A DNA stretch of 62,305 nucleotides, filler included, from Platydemus manokwari (Eukaryota), in assembly GCA_037951405.1 (NCBI GenBank). It is 5 parts of 5 records of this genome, joined end to end, with 100 filler letters (N's around TTAATTAATTAA, not from the genome) between each part and the next. Parts side by side here need not be neighbours in the genome. Positions count along the whole stretch, not along the records: positions 53,267 to 62,305 come from JBBMOY011309760.1; 4 more parts are not named here. One strand, given 5' to 3'. How positions within the stretch are numbered: the stretch's first letter is position 1; each line of letters starts with the position of its first letter. The notes beneath the pieces were generated by a model. That model was not told the DNA's origin and did no database searches. It saw only the letters and a list, made by a program, of their open reading frames with translations. The translations under genes and the position numbers were made by a program. Below are positions 55,051 to 62,305 of this stretch, piece by piece.

Positions 55051-56922
55051 AACTGAATACCACGAAATCACATTATGTATTTAAATAAAATGATATAAAT
55101 AAATTAATATAATTTTATATAAAATTTTAATTTATTGAAAAATTCTACTATTTATAAAGCAGAAAATCATCGATAATTTCACAGACAAATAAATATAACA
55201 AGCTCTGATATTTTTCCTCATTTTACAAATTGGAAAAGATTTCCTTTTATAGTCGATTAAACTTATCGAGTAAACTGGCTAGATCCTCATGTCAAACTCA
55301 ATATATTTCGTAAAATTATGCAACAAAGCTCATTAGCAATGATCTTCTGTTATGCATCAGGCAGCATGGCAACGATTGTAAATCAGAATTTGATTTTAAA
55401 TTCATTTTGACACTTGGTTACATAATATCTCATCATTCTTTTCAACGAGATTCCCATCGGTGACCTTGGGCAGTTGAATCTGATTATTTATCTCTCTCTG
55501 TCTCTGTAATATTCAAGCCTCAGCAGGAAAATATGGCAAACTCTTGACTGGAAAATGGTGTCCGGGGAGGTACAATTCATTTACTAAATCTGTGTCCCTC
55601 ATGTTCCATCAATATGTATAAGCAATGGAGCAGATGAGTTCATTTGATAAATAATATATCATATTTTCTCTGAGCAATGCCAAATTATTGAATCAAGTTT
55701 GGAGTCTGCCAATTTATCGATGTTCTGTCGATTGAAATTGTTTTGTATTTTTGGACTACATTGTTCCCATAGATATCTTGAAACAAAAGCTGTCAGTTTT
55801 TGTTACTCGGAATTTTCTGGTGATCGTTTTTGCTTGTGCTTTGTAGATTGAGGTACACCAATGACGCTCGGGTTATTGAAAATTATCCTGTGAATCCATG
55901 AGTTACTATAAGGATAGGCGTCTGTGAATTATTAAATATATTAGCCATGATGAATAATTCAATGTTGGGATCATTAGTGTCGACATTTATTTATATAAAG
56001 CAGCTTATAATGTTTTTATATCGATTTAGCCTTATTTTATATTTTTACGATTTTCATTATTAGCATAAGGTCGATTGGTGAGAATTAAGAGGGATGTGAT
56101 ATTTTTGAAATTTCGTAGAATAATTAATGATTTCTTTCTGATATTGATTTATCGATTATATTTTTTTATTGTTCCCATACATACATCGATACTTGAATAC
56201 ACAATATTCTACATAAATGTTGATAAAGACATGTTTAACAGCTATGTTTGGACAGGTTTTGCTACTGACTGTTCACTGGCGCTTCAATCGTTTTCTTGAT
56301 TCGATTTTTAAAATCAATTTTTATTTCGAGAAATTACAATTAAAAGGAAGACAGGTACTGAAACAGTTCCATTGTTATGCCACTGTGGCTCCAAATGGAA
56401 ATAATCTTTCAAATCTACACGAAAATCCGTTTGTAATTTTCAGATAACATCTTCTATTTGTAATTATATTTTTTTGTTTAATTTTCTCCATCAAGTAGCA
56501 TTTTTTGTCATTTAGTTCAATCCACGCCATGGCAACACAATACTACGTTTGTGTTTGATAAATAAATATATCAGTAAGAATAAAATTATTAACAATATTT
56601 TCATGGCGTTGGAATTATCGAACATCTACTAAAGGCATTTTGTTCGATGAGGACTTTTGGAATGTTTTTGGAAATGAAACAGAATATAAAATGATGTAAT
56701 AATTGCAGTGATCGTTATGGAAACATAAATGCAGTATTTCTCTTCTTAACCGCTAATTATTTAGGAAGTTTAAAAATTAGAATAGAAAACTGCTCCTAGC
56801 TGCCGGCTCTGTCAACTGCTACGTTTTTTGAAAAATCTTTTAATGATTTATTTTTATTTTTGACACGATGACCTTGTTTTAATAATAATTTCTTATGAAA
56901 CATTTTTCACGAGACCGTATTT

Positions 56923-57255
56923 ATGGCAAAACGAAAGTGTATAAAGTTAACTGTTGTTGAAAAAATTGAAATTTTGAAGTACATTGAATCTTATCCTGTA
57001 TATTCAGATAACAGAGTAGCAAAGGTTTTCTTAGGTAAATTTAAAAAAGAACTTTCAAGAAGAACTATCAATGATATCAGAAGAAACAAGCATTTTTTGA
57101 TTCAAAATGCTGATCTTGTACACAGAAATGGTTGGCGAATTCCCGTTTTGTAGTTGTATGTTTTAGAAAAAGAATCGTCCGCATGGCTTGATAGACTTGA
57201 TGATAGACGCGCTATAATTACGGATGATAAGATAAAAGGCAGATCAAATAGCTGA
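56923..57255 (+). pseudogene. Truncated pogo/Tigger (CENP-B-like) transposase N-terminus
   Basis: MAKRKCIKLTVVEKIEILK...LSRRTINDIRRNK (psq-type HTH), then after a stop VLEKESSAWLDRLDDRRAIITDDKIK (CENP-B/Tc5 HTH). No DDE domain. Confidence 0.8.
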
Positions 57256-58522
57256 TTTAAAAAGTGAAGAAACTCCTCTTAACCGTCAATAATAATTTCA
57301 ATAAGTAGGTCACAAATATTACATGATATATCACGTTTCATGATGTCTCATTTCACCATGAACAATCAAATATTACTGAAAGGATATGAAATAGCATACA
57401 ATCTTATGTATTCCGTTGTTTTTTTCTGTCGTGAATTTTCCAACAATATCAACCGATATTTCCATCCGTTGTTGAAATAGATGCTGTAATTAATTATTTT
57501 TTTTGGAATTTTTTAAGAATTTTTTGCGTTTAACGATTTTCCATTTAATTATCGATTGATTTTATTGAATGATTTTAAAATATTATTATTATTAATCAAT
57601 ACAGATTTGATTGGTTGAAATTATTTTATTATGCGTGGCTCAGTTGTAAATCACAAGAACAATTTAATAATACAATATTGGAAAAATGAATAAAAACGTG
57701 CGTGTGAGGGGGGTTTGATAATTAATGTGTTATCTAGATATCTAGATCATATTCTGTCGAGGAACTCTAATAGAAATGTAAAAAAAAATAATTAATTTGT
57801 TTAAATTAGCTCAATAATTCATAACATTAGAGCTCTCATTGATGATACATATCATCTCACTGAAAACGTGCGTCATTTCATCTCATCAACCAGCAATGAT
57901 GGGCACCAAGCGAGAATAATTTTCTGTTACGATTTTCAATGCAATGTCGTTGGCGATATATTAATTTACACGAGCGAGTTGGTTTAATTATGGAGAATTT
58001 GATTGGAAAATGTTTGAGAATTTATGAAATAGATTTTTTGCTTTGATAAATCGCGCTGATTGAATTATTTGAAAATCGCGGTTTGAAAGGATTCAATTGA
58101 AATTCATCAAAATCGATCAAACAACTCTCCGATTATGTAATCATATTCCATAATGAAGATATTTTTAAATGGTGCCAATAAGATGGTTGGCATGGGGATA
58201 AATATACCCATTAAATACCATTTGCTAATGAAATCGAAAAATAAAATTTCTAATTTATCGTCGGTTGTGCCAGTTGTGTTGCTTGATGTTTTTTTGCTTA
58301 AATTTTCTTTTATTTTTAATAGATCACTCTATTTTCTATTGTGGATAAAACAGTTCTATTGAATTTCCATGAATTGAAATACCGTGAAATAAATTTCGAT
58401 AATGAGATTTTTATTTGTGTTGGATTGATTTACAAAATCTTCGAAATGATCTCATAAGTAATTATATCTATAGTAATGTTAATACACTTTGGATTATTTG
58501 TTGTTTCATATATATATATATA

Positions 58523-58745
58523 CAAGGTGGCCCAAAATTCGGTTTGCAGTTATCACGTAGACCATTTATTTGAAGACTCAACACGAGAACAGCGTGAAAT
58601 TAGTTATACCGATTAATATATACAATTTAATCTCTCAGATGCTCAAAATATCCTCCTTCAACATTACAATATTCTTCAAATCTGTCCAGAACATTCTGAC
58701 ACACACACGCTTTAATAACTGTAAACCTAGTTTTGGGCCAACCTG
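58523..58745. mobile_element. Tc1/mariner-type MITE, 223 bp, TA target duplication
   Basis: Left TA-CAAGGTGGCCCAAAATTCGGTTTGCAGTTAT; right ATAACTGTAAACCTAGTTTTGGGCCAACCTG-TA. These form ~31-bp imperfect TIRs, inserted in a (TA)n run. Confidence 0.9.
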
Positions 58746-60289
58746 TACCTGAGCGATATTACTGAAATAGATTATACCATCTTTTTTTGAAAAATACGAT
58801 TGTCGATACACGATAATCGTGATAAGCAAAATTATAATATCGGAAAGAATAAACGGAAATGAATAAAATGATAATGATGGAAATTATGTTGTTTGTGGGC
58901 AGCAAATCAGAATATACTCATCTGATTATTTCATTTTACTTTTGAAAGCAACATACTTGAAATTAACGAATGATTTTCAAGGGGTTTGTTGCTGTTGTTG
59001 TTGTATAGAGAAATCATCTCGGCAAATTGATCGTCGGAAAATATTATTTTCCAGATACTGATTTTCGCCATCAAAACTATTTAACTGTGAATGTCATTGA
59101 GTGGCTCAACGGACTTTCCGCAACGCTTTTGATCGAATTTTCTCTTTTATTGGTTGGAAATCGATATCGGTAGAGCAATCTGATCAAGATTAGGAAATGT
59201 TTTTTTTATTCCAAAACCAGCAAAAAATTTTTAAAAAATCCAATGATTAAACTCATAATAATATTGATTTAAAAAAACATTTTTTCTCTTTTTTTCCTTG
59301 TTTTTCTTCCTCTTTGTAATTAAGAGAAAATGGAAAATTATTTGTTAGATATCGAGCAATATCAGATATAGGCAATTGAAATATGAATTTTTCATGTCAT
59401 AATTGCTCCTTTATTACAGAATTAATGGCATTCCATTTCTATCATTATGCCATGTGTGTAATTAAGGATTTTATTCGAAAAATTTGTCGACATTTTTCTT
59501 TTCGATACGAATAGAAAATCGTTTCCAATAATTTATTTTCAATTCCCAATTACTCACAAATTAGTCACGTTTCCTGGTGTTTCTTGCTTTCTTTACTCTC
59601 GATTTCTCAATTATCAGTGAATATATATATTTATTGTTTAAATTCACAGGAAACGTACTAATTCAAACAAAAGGACGAAGTTGATAATGACAACTGGTTT
59701 TGTGTTGTATCAGTTGGCTGTTGAGTGTAACGTTTTACCAACAGGTCAGTTGAGAACGATTGACGTTTAGACGTCAGAAAATTTAGTAGTTATTTGTTGT
59801 AGGGAGTTTGTACTTTTGGTTTTCTAAACGATATTTGGTTTTTTTGTGGCATCGTAAAATGTGATTATCATAGAGATTAGCATGTGTCGATGATTGTACT
59901 AATAAGATTTTAGTTATTGTTTGTGATTATGACACTGGCATGTTGACTTGGAAATGGATTAACGAGATAAAGAATTGTTTTTCGCGAATGATTATTAAAA
60001 ACTAGATCTACTAAAGTGCACCGATTTGTGAATTGTTTGAAGTGATATAAAATCTGGGATTCACCATCGAATATGCGAGATTTTCGATGAAATGATAGGC
60101 CTGTTTTAAGTGGACCACCTGGACTGTTTTAAAAAAAATTCAATAATGATAATGAAAACACGGTTTTTGTCGGCTTGATTTTGAGCGATGGAATTATGAG
60201 AGACAATTTATAGAAATAATTTTTAGATTCATCTTAATTAGCACAAACCATTTTAATATTTCATTTAATTATTCAGATATGATCACAGT

Positions 60290-61390
60290 TTATACAAACA
60301 AAACATGATAAAATTAATTTTCTCATTAATTATTGAAGCTATTTTCGGGTAGAAATTTTAACGTGATGAGATTATTACAAAAAATTATCCATGGAAAATA
60401 TTGTTGAGTATTATGTTTGTGATATTTCAAATCGTGGAACATTGGCAATGCTCTAAAATCGATTTCGAAGAAGTTTATCTGATCTTTACAAACAAAACAT
60501 AAAATCAATTGATCGTGTTGTCCGAACAGGATTGAAAAAATAAAATGCCAAAAATTATATTCGAGTGAGATTATTACAAAATATCATCTACGAGAAATAC
60601 TAATGTGAGAGTATTAAATTGACTTAGGTTTTTTAATATTTAATTTTATATTAATTTGATGTCGTGACTTTTCAGTTTCGTTTTCAATTCGTGCTTTTTA
60701 AAATAGTAGCGGCTTACAACTCTCAAGTATTAGGTTTGGGATTAGGCATTGCTGTAAAATCGATTTTGATAAAACAAAACAAAATTATTTGATTGTGTTG
60801 TCCAAATAGGATAAGAAGAAAAAATGCCAAACATTATTTTCCAACTATTCCATTGATTTTAAGAAAAGCCATGAATTGGTAACAGTGTTTTCGATTTAGT
60901 GGATTCGATTCTGAGAAGATCAATGATTGAAAATTATGGAAATGAAGGAGAAATATGTTGAGACTATAGAGAGAATATATAAAAAATATGTAGAGAAGAT
61001 ATAAAGAAGATTTAGAGATATAAATAAGATAAAGAATATATTTTCTATAGGATTTAATTTTATATAAAATTATAGTAATTTGTTTACATAATTGCATTCA
61101 AATACGAAATTTGATGTCGTGACTTTTCAGTTCGTTTTTAATGTGTGATTTTTAAAACAGTAGCAGTTTACAACTGTCAAGTATTAAGTTTAGGTTTACT
61201 CAAATCGTTGAACACTGGCATTGCTCTAAAATCGATTTCGAAGAAGTTTATCTGATCTATACAAACAAAACATGAAATCAATTGATCGTGCTGTCCGAAT
61301 AGGATTGGAAGACAAAAAATGCCAAAAATAATTTTCCAACGACTCCATTGATTTTTAGAAAAGCCAAAAATTGGTAATAGTGTTTTGTGA
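60290..61390. repeat. Degenerate tandem array (about three units)
   Basis: GGCA(A/T)TGCT.TAAAATCGATTT...TTGAT.GTG.TGTCC.AA.AGGAT...AAATGCCAAA recurs at ~60444, ~60745 and ~61217. ATTTGATGTCGTGACTTTTCAG recurs at 60654 and 61109. Confidence 0.85.
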
Positions 61391-62305
61391 CCAATCCTCC
61401 ATTAGTTCTATGTTTATCAAGTGATTTTTCATGAAATAGAAAATCTAATGTTGAATAGCATTTCCTGTTTTGGCTTTGTGATTGGTTTTTTGATATTAGA
61501 ATTAAAAGTGAAGTTTTTCAAATCGTTCTTTTTGAGTATAATTAGATTTCGTTTGTTGAATTTGACAGATGGGGAATATTTCCCGATTACCATATATCCA
61601 TATTGCGATGGGATAACTTTAGATTCTTATCTATGCAACAGACGGTTTTGTATTTTGCAGTGAACGTACACAGATGCATGTGTTATTCTTACGAATTGTT
61701 CAGTGTGAATGTGATCTATTTTGATCATTGATATCGGGATACTTGAATGACGAGCAGAATTTGGGGGGCAGTCTGGTGTGGTCCAATGAGGAGAGAATTG
61801 TGGGTTGATGTTTATCGTATTTTAACTAGTTATATGACGTGTTTAACAGATTTGCAGCAGTTAGAATTGACGAAATTTTATGATTTCGTTATTGACACTT
61901 TGCAAATTTACACCAATCCAGACTTATAAATTATTATTTTAATAAAAATAATAATTATTATTATTATTTCCATTAACTGAATGTGGTCTATTTTATGAAA
62001 GACTTGTGGATGTTTTTACTCGTCATTATTAGAGATGATTATGAGATATTCAATTTTAAAAACCATCAGCCAATTGTTTATCGTTTAAGTACTAAATTTA
62101 TTTCAGGTTTTGATATGTTTGATAGTATTATGGTTCGAAATAACTTTAAATACCCATATGTTGTAAAAAGTGAATGCATGGAATGTAATTTCTGAAAATA
62201 AAACTTAAAATAATTATCTATTCGAACATTATAATAATGATATTAATAATAATAATAATGATCATAGTAATAATAATAATAAAAACATTAATAATAATAA
62301 TGATA

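Noticed and set aside
55150-56700. GC-richer region checked for the missing PRKDC kinase/FATC exons or TE proteins
   Set aside because: No GDRH, DFG or FATC motif seen; only vague TE-like peptides.

Overview
AT-rich eukaryotic genomic DNA. The ~45-55 nt minimal introns, (AAT)n runs and intronless flatworm-like rhodopsin GPCRs suggest a planarian/flatworm; this is inference. Four artificial 100-nt linkers (N44-TTAATTAATTAA-N44) split the window into five pieces, and there is one ordinary gap. Host genes: two convergent paralogous intronless class A GPCRs; a 3-exon ~808-aa disordered nuclear protein with an AT-hook-like motif, head-to-head with a 9-exon SMARCD/BAF60 gene; and a partial multi-exon DNA-PKcs (PRKDC). 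Mobile DNA: a degenerate Ty3/gypsy element, a second LTR remnant, a Tc1/mariner MITE, a Tc2-like TIR, a pogo/Tigger transposase remnant and dispersed repeats. Two observations stand out. (1) Downstream of integrase the gypsy element carries an env-like type I membrane protein with a Thr-rich mucin stalk, then an ORF ending in a REX4/ISG20-like DEDDh exonuclease fold. (2) A tandem pair of degenerate type III hammerhead-ribozyme motifs lies at ~3.1-3.2 kb. All calls were made by eye, without database searches.
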